Of a DNA stretch of 64,000 nt, positions 13,268 to 26,552 are shown one piece after another. Every line of letters starts with the position of its first letter. The first letter of the stretch is position 1. The translations under genes and the position numbers were made by a program. The DNA comes from Eledone cirrhosa. Lineage: Eukaryota. The notes beneath the pieces were generated by a model, which was given only the letters and a program-made list of their open reading frames with translations, made no database searches and was not told the origin of the DNA. The stretch is from positions 99,324,001 through 99,388,000 of the forward strand of contig OZ024740.1 of assembly GCA_964016885.1 (NCBI GenBank). The letters are read 5' to 3'.

Positions 13268-14122
13268 CAAGGAGAAAGAGCAGCCTTCATGAAAAATCCC
13301 TTCATAGTACCTTCTTTGAGAAAACTGAATTCAGAGATCCACAGACATGGAACTGGTTGAAAATAGAAGACCTTAAAAAGGCTATAGAAGGAATGCTAAT
13401 AGTTGTGCAGGAGCAGGCCCTCAAAATGAAGTGGTTGAAACACCATATTTACAAGGCGGAGGCCAGCCCACTGTGCAGGATCTGTGGAGAGAGAGAGGAG
13501 ACTGTGGCTCACATTATATCCGAGTGTAAACACCTAGCCCAGACTCACTCTAAGGGCTGGAGACATGAGGTGATGGGCAGGGTGATCCACTGGCACCTAT
13601 GCAAAGTAAACAATTTACCACATTCTGAGAAGTGGTATGAGCATAAGCCAGAGTCAGTGATAGAAAACGATCAGGTGAAGGTGCTGTGGGATTTTAGGAT
13701 ACAGATGGACAAGTAACTGGAACACAATAGACCTGACCTGGTGGTTTTGGACAAGGAAAAAAAATCGTGCCTGATTGTGGATGTGGACTGCCCATTCGAC
13801 ACGAGAGTGCAAGGGAAGGAGAGGGAGAAAATTAACCGATACCAGGACTTAAAGTGGGAGGTAAAACGGATTTGGAACTGCCATGAAGTCAAAGTGGTCC
13901 CGATTGTCATAGGCGCACTAGGTACTATCTCAAAAAGTTTCCAGGGATGGTTAAAGAAAATTGGCCCTGCCACGCTTTTTGGAACGCTTCAAAAGACATG
14001 CTTGTTGGGAACAGCAAGAACCCTCAGATACGTCCTGCATATCTGAGGCTGCAGGTAGTGGCTTGATATTCATTTCAACAAACTTTCCAGTTAACTAACA
14101 TCAATGACTGAGACTCAAAGAA
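13268..14122 (+). mobile_element. Second, divergent R4/Dong-like LINE 3' part
   Basis: CRICGEREETVAHIISEC, LWDFRIQ, RPDLVV...IVDVDCP...KINRYQDL, PIVIGALG; one in-frame stop at 13714; flanked by (TAA)n. Confidence 0.9.
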
Positions 14123-14123
14123 C

Positions 14124-14173
<50 letters not shown>

Positions 14174-14205
14174 AAAATATTATTATTATTATTATTATTA
14201 TTATT
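14124..14205. repeat. (AAT)n followed by (ATT)n microsatellite
   Basis: Direct inspection. Confidence 0.9.
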
Positions 14206-15934
14206 GTTATTTCATTTTTGCATAATCTTCCAATATACTTATTCTTATTTGCATTGTAAGGAAGATAATTTTGTATCTGTATAATTCATTACTAACCTTT
14301 TTCAGATTTTGCTTTGCTATGGTTTACTCACCAGTCTTTATTTTTTTCTGATATTGCCAAATATTTTTACAATTCTTTTCTTTACTAAATCTGTAGTATT
14401 TTCCTTCTAAGTGACCAGCAAAGTTATAAAGTAACTTTCTTCTTCTTTTACTGCTTATTAATATTATTATTACTATTAGTATTGTTGTTATATGATCTTC
14501 AGTAATGAGCATATTGAAAAGAAATTCCTAACATCTCTTGTTGCTCACTGAACAGTTATACAGAACTAGCACAAAACAGTATTTACAGCAGATATGTCAA
14601 ATAAAGAATTCTTTGTTTCTTTCATGGCATAAAATCTCTAGTTAAAGAGAAAATAAAAGGTTTGCTTTAGTTAAGTATTTTTTTTTTTTTTTTTTTTTTT
14701 TCAAAACCAGCTTATCATTATTCTCATTTCAGTAAATTTGATCTCAGCAATACATGTTTTGCTTCTGCTCTACAGCAAGAAATGTTGGGATATTTTTTTT
14801 TTCTTTTTTCATTTGTAAAGATATTTTTTTTTAATTTTAAGCAGATCAGTAATTTTCAACATTGACATGGTTCTAATTGGAAATATAACTAAACATTTAT
14901 GTTACTATGCCATCACATACATTAAGGGCTAACATTTTGACTGAGCCCTTAATTAAAACAGTTTCTTATTCAAAGAACAATTTCAGCATTAGTGAATCCT
15001 TAATATTCTTACTATAGTGTATTTTCTTTTTGTGTATGTGATAATAGCATGCTATTAATAGTCTTCTTAACACATTTTGAATTTTTCATTGCTCAAATGT
15101 TTCATTTTATTATACACATTTTGCCAATATCCATATCACCATTTGACATTGTACAAATGAATCTGCCTAGTTCTCCCTTTTCATCATTATGCCCACTATT
15201 ACCATGATTACCATAATTAACACTCACTAGGCACTCCTCTCTTTCTAGCAAAAAGAACCTTTACTAATTATGCTAGGTAGAGTAAAGTGTATATGTGATC
15301 AGTCAACCTACAAGAAATACGACTTGAATTTTCTCCACAACACATTCAACTATTATAAGAAAAGGAAGGGTAGAGAGTTCAATGTCACCCTATATATCCT
15401 ATGTATGAATAAAAATTACTGGCTGGAATAAAGATGACAATCTCAGAACAGAACAATAAAAATGATGGAGATGTTAACATTATAGAAATGTTTAACCTCT
15501 CCAAAATGAAAAATCCTATAACCAGTTTTTCTGAGAGCAGTGGTGGTTCAACACTGGCCCCAAGGAAGAACACAAGGTGAGAGCCAAAGGTCTAACATTC
15601 TGGAAGATCTGGCACTTTAGCAATTTCAGCCACATTTCAAATCTTAATACTTCCAAGTTACTGATTAAGAAATAACATACTATGTGAAATTCTCTGTAAT
15701 TGATCAACAATGAAGAATATCATTCTGAGAAAAATAAAGAAAAATGTAGATATAACTTCAGGTTATTAGATAATTTATTGAAGTTGTAAACATATTATCA
15801 AGAATTATCAAGAATGATCAAGAATTATCAAGAATTACAAGTAGCTCAGTAATGACAAATGGTAAATTTTAATAATTAAACAAAACATGCATAATGTGAC
15901 TTTTAGTGTAAATGTTATTATTATTTCATTGAAA

Positions 15935-16152
15935 GGGCAGTGGATTAGCAGTATTGGTAGAGCGTCGAATGCTATACTTTGTGGCATAGAGTTATGTCCC
16001 TTTATGCTCTGAGTTCAAATTCCGCCGAGGTTAGCTTTGGTTTATTCCTTACAGATAAAGTAATAAAATAAAGTACCTGTCACACACTGGGGTTGATTTG
16101 ATCGCATTTTCCCTCCCCAGATAGTTATTGGCCTTGTGCCTATGCAAGAAAT
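15935..16152 (+). mobile_element. Meta-domain SINE, diverged
   Basis: GAGTTCAAATTCCGCCGAGGTTAGCTTTG...AATAAAGTACC...GGCCTTGTGCC. Confidence 0.75.
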
Positions 16153-16261
16153 CCTTATTTCATTGAAATCAATTTTCATCATAGCTCAATTAAACTTGGT
16201 AAGGATTACTTCACTTTGCTGGAAGATCTCTTAGATAACTGACATTATTATTCCATCTAAA

Positions 16262-16600
16262 TATAGACCCATCACATCCACCATGCTCTTCTCCACTATT
16301 TATATAGACCCATCACACTCACCATACTGTTCACCACCACCATAAACTCACTCCTCCACCCACCTTGCTCTTTCCACCACCATAGACACATCACCCTCAT
16401 CTTACTGTTCTCCACTACCATAGAACCACACCAATCACCATACTGTTCCATAACCATAGAATCACCCCACCTCCATAGACTCATCACACCCACCTTACTG
16501 TTTGCCACCCCCCATATGACCCACCCAATCACCATACTGTTCGCCATCATCCTTGACCCACCCTAAACACCTTACTGTTTTCCACCATCTTTATGGATCC
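16262..16600. repeat. Degenerate ~38 bp C-rich minisatellite
   Basis: Recurrent CATAGAC.CATCAC...CACCATACTGTTC.CCAC unit, about 8 copies. Confidence 0.7.
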
Positions 16601-17707
16601 ATTCTTCTCACTTTAATAAGTGATGGTATGCAGCCAAGTGGTCAAAGTATCAGGGAGTATTTCATGTTTTTCCACTTTATTTAGTTGAAAAACTTAGCAC
16701 CAACTTTCAGCAAAAGGTTAACCTTGTGGCAAATTGTCATATATTCCAGGTTAGATACTTGTATTCTCTGTCATTTAATGCCAATGAAACCAGGTTATGC
16801 TCTCGACTGGTAATCATGTTGGCTTGTGACAGACTTTATTCATATTTCTCTTCACCAACTTCTATACTGATCCATCATATATAGGTTATCCTTAACCACG
16901 ACCCATATAGTCTCATTGTGTCCATCTTTGTCTTTGTTCCTCACCATGCATATGAAACTATACTTCTGGCCTTGCTCATTCTCTAAGATCCTTGTGAAAC
17001 TATCCTTACTTTGTTCCTCACCAACCATTTGAAATTTTCCCACATAACTAACCCTTCACTATATATACCTCCATCATACCTACCTTACAGCCATCCATGT
17101 GGACTCATACCACCCACCTCATGCTTCTCCACCATCTCTGTACACTCATAATACCCACACTATTGATCACTGACATCTATATACACCCATCATACACATA
17201 TTGCCTTTGATGGCTATCTATGTGGACTCCGCCATACACACCTCACTCATACCACTAGTCATGTATGCCTCTCAAATCCATTATCTACATGCTGCCTTTC
17301 TCTCTCTTCACAAACATTACTAATATGAGTTATATTTTCAAGAATGTATTGGAAAGATTTAAGAGAGGCTTGCAGTAAAGTAATTACAACAGATCTAAGA
17401 ACATTGAAGCTTCATAAATGAAATATGAGATAGTGAGAGTCATATAGCTAATAATGTGCTATAGAAATCCATCCAGCCACACTAACATGGAGACGACAAA
17501 CATGTTAAAATCAAAATTGTGGCTGACATTCCAAGTGACTGATTTTATTTAGCTTCCTCTTATGTCTACAGTAGCTTTTGGCTTGCTAAATCTGCTGGTT
17601 TCCATTGAAACTTAAAAGAATTGCCATTTCTTGTTCTCAAAATATAACTATTTTTTAATGTCATTTTGTATTGCAATATGTGGGCATAAGTATCACTAGT
17701 TACAAGT

Positions 17708-17772
17708 ATTCAGATAAATCAACCCTAATTCAGATAAATCATCCCTAATTCAGATAAATTATCCCTAATTCA
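17708..17772. repeat. 20-bp tandem repeat x3
   Basis: ATTCAGATAAATYAWCCCTA repeated. Confidence 0.9.
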
Positions 17773-19086
17773 CTGCTTCTATTAGTAGGTCTGACAAAGC
17801 TGAGTCTGTAACTTAGAGTAGAAAAAAATATTAGAGACTTATTTTGCAAAACTCCAGTTTTTTTGCACTAAGGTTTACATTGTTTGCTGATATATATCTG
17901 CAAAAAAAGTTATCTACACTTTCATACATATAGGCTCTAACTTTGATCACGTGACCAAACTAGTACCAACTATAAGTATGTATGAGCATAAGGCAGTGTG
18001 ATAAACCTAAAGATATGTAATGGTAAAAGTGCTGATAAATTTTGACTTACCCACGTAAGTTATATAGGACAGATTTCTGTGCTGTACTTAATCAAATTTT
18101 ATTACTATGTATTAGTCAACCAAAGCTTGAAGTAATATCCACTTCCCAAAGTTGTATCACAATGGGATTGAACCTAGTAGCATGTTTTGAAAGAAAACCT
18201 CTTAATCATACGGACTTACATTTTTACAGAATGACCCTTTGATAGTTTTTATGATAAGTGTTCCATCGTTGATTAATGTTCATAAGGTTAATGTCAGTTA
18301 ATTGAGCATTTCACAGACATGAGTACTCAATGTAATTCTTAGGGTGATTCAGCATGACAATGGATGACAATGCTGGCTCCCTAAATTATAGACACAGTCT
18401 ATCTGACTGGCATCCAAATATTTTCCATCTACTTAATTTCATTGGCATAGCTCAAGATTATATGAAATAACATTGCCTAAGATGCTGCCCAGGACTTCAT
18501 GATTGCAAAACAAACATGTTAGCCTTTCATGCCATGTTGCATCCACTACATTCATACTCAGTTACATACAAACACATGCACAATCTTATAAAGTATTAGC
18601 TGTAGGAAATGTATTTGGAGGAATAGTGTTATGCAAAATCCTAGCCTAAATGGCTCAAAATGTCACCTTTGATTCTCAACAAGCTTCTGTTTATTTTCAG
18701 GATATTTTCCATCAGATATTGAATCTGCAAGATTGTGTTATTGACCTTTCAATATGACATGCTGAGAAACAATCTAAAAACATTAAGAAAATGCCTGAAG
18801 ACATCATGATATCATATATCTTGATGCTCATGAAACCTTCTTTATGGAGCTCTCAATATATAGAGTTATTAGCAAATTAACAATGGATAAATTAGATTTT
18901 AGTTAATAGATCCCTAAAGGATATACAAGGTATCAGTTGTGTTCATTCATCTGTAAATTAGGCTATGTTCTCAAGATGGCAATTAAGCTTAACAGGATTT
19001 AATTATTTCATCGACAGCCTCCCTCTCTCACTATGAAATAAACAACTTACAAGAATAAATATATATATGTGTGTGTGTGTGTGTTT

Positions 19087-19275
19087 TTATAAGCAAAAAT
19101 AAATGGAGGAGAAGGCAATACATTCAGAAACAAAATTTACTCCTTACACACTGTTTCATCTACGCGATATCAATACAACATATATGTGTGTACGTACGCA
19201 CATACATTCTTATAAGGGATATTTTCATAGAATCTTCAGAGTAGCAACATTGATTTTAATGATGTTGCTGGAAGG
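19087..19275 (-). repeat. Penelope pLTR-like repeat with degenerate hammerhead core; inverted copy at 24400-24596
   Basis: Minus: CTGAAGA-TTCTA...(~75 nt)...TAGAT-GAAACAGTGTGTA; homologous to 24400-24596. Confidence 0.55.
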
Positions 19276-19805
19276 TAGTCCAACTTATATAACAGCGAAC
19301 GAAATATACCATTGCTGGAATAATTTCTTTAGAGGAATACTCAGAGATAAAAACACATCAGAGTGCATACCGTAGATCGAACGATTTGAATTAGTTCTAA
19401 TTTGTAAATCTAAAATGGCGGTTACAGAGGGGCATAATATTCTAAGGGAAGTAACTATGGTGCATTTAATAGAAAAAAAAGGGAAAAAATATTTTTTAAT
19501 CATAACAGGCCAAGTTAAGTGACATTGATAGAGCAGATGCTAGGTGGTGTGCTGTGGGCCATAGTTTACAGTCCCAATTAAGTAACTAATTATGAGCAGC
19601 AATGATTTAGATAATCTGGCTAATTTATAGGAAATAGCTAATAGAGGGTCTATTTTAGGGTTGAAGGAGGAGAAAATGGGTTGAACATTAAGATGGCTAT
19701 ATGGGGTCAAACATCCTATGAGAGAAAGAGTAGGAAACCCTACGTTAGCAATTTATTACAGCTTCAGCACTATTGTTAATAAGTGTATGAGGGAACATAT
19801 AATAT

Positions 19806-19990
19806 AATTGTTTCTACTTTTGGCACCAGCCCACCAATTAACCAGTACATTACTGGTATTTTATTTTATCGATCCCGTAAGGATGAAAGGCAAAGTTAAC
19901 CTCAGCGGGATTTGAACTCAGATCATAAAGGGACATAACTATGCTAGAAAGCATGGCGTCTAACCCTCTACCGATACTGCCAATTCACCA
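19806..19990 (-). mobile_element. Meta-domain SINE
   Basis: Clearly homologous to 11973-12160 and 33077-33257. Confidence 0.85.
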
Positions 19991-20349
19991 TTCCATCAGA
20001 CATGAGTGACATGTCATCTTAAAGTTATAAGAGGTTGCTCTATTTATTATACTCCATTGGGTTGTGTACCTAGTGTTATATTCTATTAGTTGAGGGATAT
20101 AGTTTCCGAGAGAGGTTCAGAAATTGAGTTTCTAATTCTAAACGAGTGGAGGCGGGTTCTAAATCTAGTTTTGGATACATTAGAAGTAACCCTTATGTAA
20201 AAGTTAGTACTTTTATCTGTAGTGACTGTGCACTTATATATCACATTACTAACTAGGCAATGACCCTGAAGTGGACAGTTGCTAGGGGTCCTACAATTAC
20301 AGTTCCTGTTGTTACTATTTCTAACAGAACAGGAATCACTATTACTATT

Positions 20350-23300
20350 ATGTATGTATCTAAAACAGAGGATGTTTGTCTGTCTGTCTGATCACTAAAG
20401 ATCGAGAACCACCCAACCGATTGTTTTCAAACTTTACAAATGTAATACTTATGGTCCTGTGAGTGTTTTGAGCAAAAGAAATTTCCAATTTTAAATGCCC
20501 TACGGACCGCATTAGGCGATTATCGATCCCTCTCTGCTGGTTTTTCTCTTTTTAGATAGATACATAGATATAACGTTGCGCCCTTATAATATATGTCTGT
20601 ATGCCTGACTGTCTGCATTACAACATTATGACGTAGCTGCGTGTGTGTGTATATATGTATATATATATAGTGCGTAACGTTTTTCGAAATATTTACTTCT
20701 GCGTTCACAGATTGATTTTTTACTTTAGTTTCAGAAGATCCCGTTAAGAGTGAAAGCAGCGATTCTTTGCTTAAACTTTAATCTGTTATTTTAATATATA
20801 TATATATAATGATATATTCGTGTACAGATATTTTTGCATACACAATAACAAAATATAAACAACAGTATTTATTTTGTGATAAAGTATTGATTTTCTTCGC
20901 ACGGAAAAAAACCCCTGGTAATCTACGACGAATTTTCTTTATAAGCACAAAATGTAGACACCGTCCCGAGGCCGAGCTATTCCGTACTTCTCTGTACTGT
21001 TATATATATATGTAACACAAAATTCAAAAAACCTGACGACCACCTGATCACCTATAGATCAGGGAGCATTCTAGTCAGATAGATTTTATCTTATTCAGAG
21101 GATGTGACAGATGAACGGTCGTAAACACAAAAGCCTTCCCTAGTGAAGAATGTACCTCCCAACATAGCTTAGTTGTCAGCGACCTCACGGTCAGAAATAG
21201 ACGAACCTGGAAACAGAAGCCAACCTGGAGAAGAAAGATCTGCAAGCTGAAAGACCCCTCAGCCAGTTACAGATTTGAAGATATTTTACTCAACGCCTAT
21301 GACAGTAAAGAAGAACAGATAGAGACATTCAATGTAGAAGAGCACTGGGAGTTCCTAAAAATTAACTTACTAAAGGCGACGGATGAGATCTGTGGCTGGA
21401 GTAAGACCACAGGGAGGAGGAGAGTGACTTGGTGGTGGAACAATAAGGTAGATGAGGCAGTTAAGGCCAAGAGACAGGCATGGAAAGAATGGAAAAAAGG
21501 GGGAAGCAGGCTACATTACATAGAGACCAGCAGGGAAGCTAGGCGACAAGTATACTTAGCTAGGGGGGAAGCAAAGGATAGAAAATTCAAGCATGTTTTG
21601 CAATGTGAGGACCAGAAACAGGAGGTGTTCAAGATTGCGAGGCAGTGTGTCAGAGAGAATTGTGATGTCATTGGATAGAAGTGCATCCGGAATGATTTGG
21701 TGAGCTTGCCCTCACAAGTGCTGAGAAGAAAGATGTATGGAAGTGACATTATGATAGATTACTAAATGAGGAGAATGCATGGGAAGAAGTGATCCTACCC
21801 CAAGTAGACCCTATAGAGGGGCCAGCATTACAAGTCAGCAGTAGTGTAGTAAGTAAGGCAATCAAAGAGATGAAGACAGGAAAGGAAACCTGTCCATCGG
21901 GTATAGCTGCCGAGATGCTGAAGGCATCTGGGTCTGTACATCTGGGTCTGTAGGTCACACCATAAGCACACGTATTGTTAACCAGGTAATACGAGAAGGT
22001 GTCATACCAAAGGATTGGTGCAGTAGCATCATTGTCAACTGCTACAAAAGTAAAGGTGATGCACTAGATTCACGAAACTATAGAGGTATGAAGCTGATGG
22101 ACCAGGTCATGAAAGTAACAGAAAGAGTTATAGCACAGTTGATTAGAGATAGGGTGAAACTAGATGAGATGCAATTTGGGTTTGTACCAGGGAGAGGCAC
22201 TACTGATGCCCTCTTCCTTGTAAGGCAGTTACAGGAAAAGTACCTAGCTAAAAGTAAGCCATTCTACCTGGCATTCGTTGATCTCGAGAAAGCCTTTGAC
22301 AGAGTTTCCCGTGCTATAATCTGGTGGGCTCTTAGAAAATTAGGAGTAGATGAATGGCTTGTGAAAGCTATACAAGCCATGTATAGGGGAGCAGTCAGCA
22401 AAGTTAGGATTAGCAATGAGTATAGCGAGGAATTTAGCGTACAGGTTGGTGTCCACCAGGGCTCTGTTCTTAGCCCTCTCCTGTTCATTATAGTCCTGCA
22501 GGCAATAACGGACGAGTTTAAGACTAGATGCCCATGGGAACTCCTGTATGCAGATGACCTCGCACTTATAGCTGAATCTATGGTAGAACTAGAGAAGAAA
22601 TTCCAAATTTGGAAGCAGTGACTAGAAAGAAAGGGTCTCAAAATCAACCTGACAAAGACTAAGGTCCTTGTAAGTAGACGAGAAAACAGAACACAGATCC
22701 CCTCAGGGAAATGGCCTTGCTCAGTATGTAGGAAAGGTGTAGGTAGGAACTCTATTCTCTTCCCCAAATGCAAACAATGGGTACACAAGAGATGTAGCGG
22801 GATCTCAGGAAGCTTAACTAAGAATGTAGGCTTCACATGTAGCAGTTGTGCTGGGACAGCAAGCAGCAAACAACCACAGGAAACAAGTACCACTAAACCC
22901 TGGGAGGGCTCTGTAGAAACAGTAGACAGCTTCTGCTACCTAGGTGACCGAATTAGCAGCGGAGGTGGGTGTTCGGAAAGTACAATAACTAGGGTAAGAA
23001 CGGCATGGTGGATGTTCAGGGAGCTACTGCCACTGCTAGCTGCAAAAGGCTTTTCCCTCAAAATGAAAGGCAGACTGTATGATGCGTGTATACGAACATC
23101 AATGTTACATGGTAGTGATACCTGGGCGCTGTCTCTGGAAGACTTACGTTGATTAGAAAGAAATGAAGCCTGCATGCTCCGATGGATGTGTAATAGTAAT
23201 ATACACAAACGGCAAAGCATAAATGAATTCAGAGAGAGACAGAGGATAGGAGGAACCAAATTCTGTGTGTAGGAGAGGCGGTTGCGTTGGTATGGATATG

Positions 23301-23950
23301 TGATGCGTATGAAGGATGATAGCTGCATAAAAAGGTGCAGCGCACTAGAAGTCGATGGAATCCGCAGAGTGGAGAGACCCAAGAAGACCTGGGATGAGGT
23401 GATAAAAACCGATCTTACTCACTTACACCTCTCAAAGGCGATGACACACGACCGTGACCTCTGGCGTCACGCAGTAATACAGAAGACCCGACTCCCCACG
23501 GGTACAAGCCGAAGCTGAAGCATATAGACAATATGCCCCCACCCCTCCTACTGCAAAGTCGTCGTGGAGGTGCCATGGCAAAAAAGCACCCACACTGTAA
23601 AGTGGACGTGTAGGCGCCAAGGAAAAAAACACCCATCACTCACTGTAAATGACGTTGGTGTTAGTAAGGGCATCCAGCTGTAGAAATCAAGCCAGAATCA
23701 GTTCCCGTATGAGCAAGCCAAGGTCAGCCAACCGGACACTGCCCTCAACAGTACAACTCGTCTAACCCATGCTAGCATGGAAGAATGGATGTAAAACGGT
23801 GATGATGATTCGCGTACAGATATTTTTGCATACACAATAAATAAAAATAAAAAAATGTATTTATTTCACGAGGCTCGATAAGGATAAATATGTATCAAAT
23901 ATATAAGAACCCTAGAGCAAATCCCGAGCAACGCCAGGCCATTCTGCTAG
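20350..23950 (+). mobile_element. Non-autonomous Helitron interrupted by an RTE LINE
   Basis: 5' region with (GTCT)n; 3' hairpin CCCGAGCAACGCCAGG then CTAG|T at 23947-23950; internal repeat TCGYGTACAGATATTTTTGCATACACAATAA at 20818 and 23810, on either side of the LINE. Confidence 0.7.
21011..23809 (+). mobile_element. RTE-clade LINE, 5'-truncated within APE domain, multiple stops and frameshifts
   Basis: CNTKFKKPDDHLITY, TWWWNNKV, full RT motifs (ORF 22088-22621); close paralog of 2067-4310; ends (GAT)n. Confidence 0.95.
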
Positions 23951-24106
23951 TTATTACTATAAATGCCACCGTGTTAATTGCTATGAATATTGACACTATT
24001 ATAACATTAACTATTATTATTATTCCTCATAGTAGTGGTCACATCATCAGTATGTGTAAGACATTGTTTCCACTATTACCATTATTATTGTTGTTGTTGT
24101 TACTAT

Positions 24107-24312
24107 TGGTGGATTGGCAGTATCGGTAGAGGCTCGGACGCCATGCTTTGCAGCAGAGAGTTACGGCCCTTTATGGTCTGAGTTCAAATCCCGCCGAGGT
24201 TAACTTTGTCTTTCATCCTTACGGAGTCGAAAAAATAAAGTACCACTGGGGTCAATTTCATGCCCCCCCCTCCCCCCTAAAAAAATTACTGGCCTTGTGC
24301 CTATATAAGAAA
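24107..24312 (+). mobile_element. Meta-domain SINE
   Basis: TGGCAGTATCGG A box, GAGTTCAAATCC B box, CTTTCATCCTTACGGAGTCGAAAAAATAAAGTACCA. Confidence 0.85.
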
Positions 24313-24399
24313 CCATTATTATTATCATCTGTATTACTGGATGCAGGGTTAAGGGGAATTCTATTGTTTGTATCACAGGAGAGTTTAATTTTAGAGACA

Positions 24400-24759
24400 T
24401 TCCAGCAACATCATGAAAAACAATAATGTTTCTTCTCTGAAGATTCTATGAAAATATCCTTTATAACAATATATATGCATACGTACACTCATATATGTAT
24501 AGAACTGTTATATTGATATCACATACATGAAACATTTGTAAAGAGCAAATCTGTTTTTGAATGTATTACCTTCTCCTCCATTTATTTTTGCTTATATCGG
24601 CTCGGCTCACCTTCTGCGCTTAACTCTCAATAAATATTAAGCTTTCTATAATATTAAACATTACATCTCTAAGCATTGATCTCACTTCACTTCGGCTATC
24701 GGTATCTAATATATTGTATTATAATTATTTCTCTTCCACGCTTATGATACATGTCCCTT

Positions 24760-24760
<1 letters not shown>
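24400..24760 (+). repeat. Penelope pLTR-like repeat with degenerate hammerhead core
   Basis: CTGAAGA at 24437, GAAACATTTGTA at 24529; inverted homolog of 19087-19275; ends at (TA)n. Confidence 0.5.
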
Positions 24761-24806
<46 letters not shown>

Positions 24807-25094
24807 CGAAGGAAATGTGGTAAGGAACCATATATATATACGATCAGCTGGCTTGTTGATATCAACATATGAGGATCCAAACAACCTTTTCAGTTCATTC
24901 AGTTTGGATGTTTTGATTGAACATGGGAAGAAAGTTTACTGAATAATTTTTCTGGTATCTTTGATAATGCTTTTTTACTCTCTCTTTTGCTTCTTGTAGC
25001 CTTTAGATACAACTGGACTCCTAGTTTTGATCCCATTATGACACATAGATCTCCAGTTCTGCTGTAAGGCCTTTGGCTCAAATATCTCATAAGT

Positions 25095-25532
25095 TATATT
25101 GGTTGCTGACTGATTACTCTTCTATGTACCTGAGCCATGGCTGTCCAACATTTCTATATCCACCATCAAGCTGGCTGCACCTGAGGACTTTTGGTATTCT
25201 TTTTTCCCTCATTCTGATGACATAACCAACCATGTGTGGTTGTGATTTCATAAGAAAGGTTTCAATATCTCCAATCATGCACTTAGTGAAGAAGTCAGCA
25301 TCACATATTTTGTCTTTAGGTGTGTAGAGACAACCTTTGTTGTGCAAAGATAACCTTTATGAAAGACGTCTAGTTGGTTGATGTGTGACCTATATAGAGT
25401 CCAAGATTGTGATCCATATAGGAGTGTGGTCAGTACAAAAGCCTTATAAACCTGTATCTTGGTGTCCAGTATTATGTCCCCCTCATTCCACAAACGATAG
25501 CAGAGGTTTCCAAATGCCCTTCTGGCTTTCCC
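25095..25532 (-). mobile_element. RTE/BovB-like LINE 3' fragment
   Basis: IGKARRAFGNL...TKIQVYKAFVLTTLLYGSQSWTLY; GYVIRMREKRIPK...GQPWLRY. Confidence 0.85.
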
Positions 25533-26552
25533 TATACATGCATGCACATACACATACACACATATATATATATAATGCAAACACAAGTCTAGTACGTGTT
25601 TTCGGATATTGTTGTTGCAGTTTAGCCCAGATAAAACTTAATTAGGTAGATCTATGTTCAAAGGCTGTTGCAACCGCAGAGGCATTAACTGTTTCAAGTC
25701 AAAACCACCTGGAACCATCCATATTTCTAAGGTACAATTTTTTTGATTTTAATGTGTTTATATTTATCTAAATGTTTTCTGAAGCAATGTTATGTTAAGA
25801 GCCAATTTAATAATGAGAAAGTTATTTTACTAAATCCCTCCATATTCTTGATTATTTTCAAGATTATTTAAAAGCCATAAGCAGTGTTTTTCATTAGAAA
25901 TTTGGTAACAAATGTTTTAAAGTATAGGGCAAAAAGCTTTGTGGTGTTTATTTTGATTCTCTGTTCAACTTTGACTTTCGTTATATTTTTGTTGGAGGGT
26001 GTGGGTAATAAAATAAAGTAGCAGTCACAGTCCAGGGTGATGAAATGGTGGAGTCTTAGAGCATTGGTGAAGATCTTGCGATATTTGCTCTGGCTCTTTG
26101 CATTCTGTGTCCAAATGTTGTTATGGCCTATTTGGATAATAGACTTAAAATTCTCACCAGACTAAACATTAGCATGTCACCTTTGAATACATCTATTGCA
26201 AGCATTCAAATCAAGACCCCAGTTTGTGGATATCCTTCCCTTGCCATCCCATCAATCTTAGAAAGTCTGAAAAGTACCATGGTTACTTCTTTTTCCTCCC
26301 TAAATAAAGTGGAAAGTAAAAGGTATTCCATACCTTAACAATCCCATCATGGTATCAGCACTAGTGAAGCTGTCATAGTGAGGCTTGTTCATACAGAAGT
26401 CCTCTAAAACCTTTATATTGTCTCTGCTCAATCCCCAATGACATAGCCTCTGTTCTCTAATCATATTTACTCTTAGTGTCTTAGTGCTTGTAGAGCTAAG
26501 GGGGTCTTTTGCATTATGGCATATAACCATTCAGCTTTGTCTTATATATATA

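Noticed and set aside
18685-18900. Strong plus-strand splice acceptors (also 36480-36497)
   Set aside because: Stops follow soon in the frames read, with no donor or homology; pyrimidine-AG tracts arise by chance in AT-rich DNA
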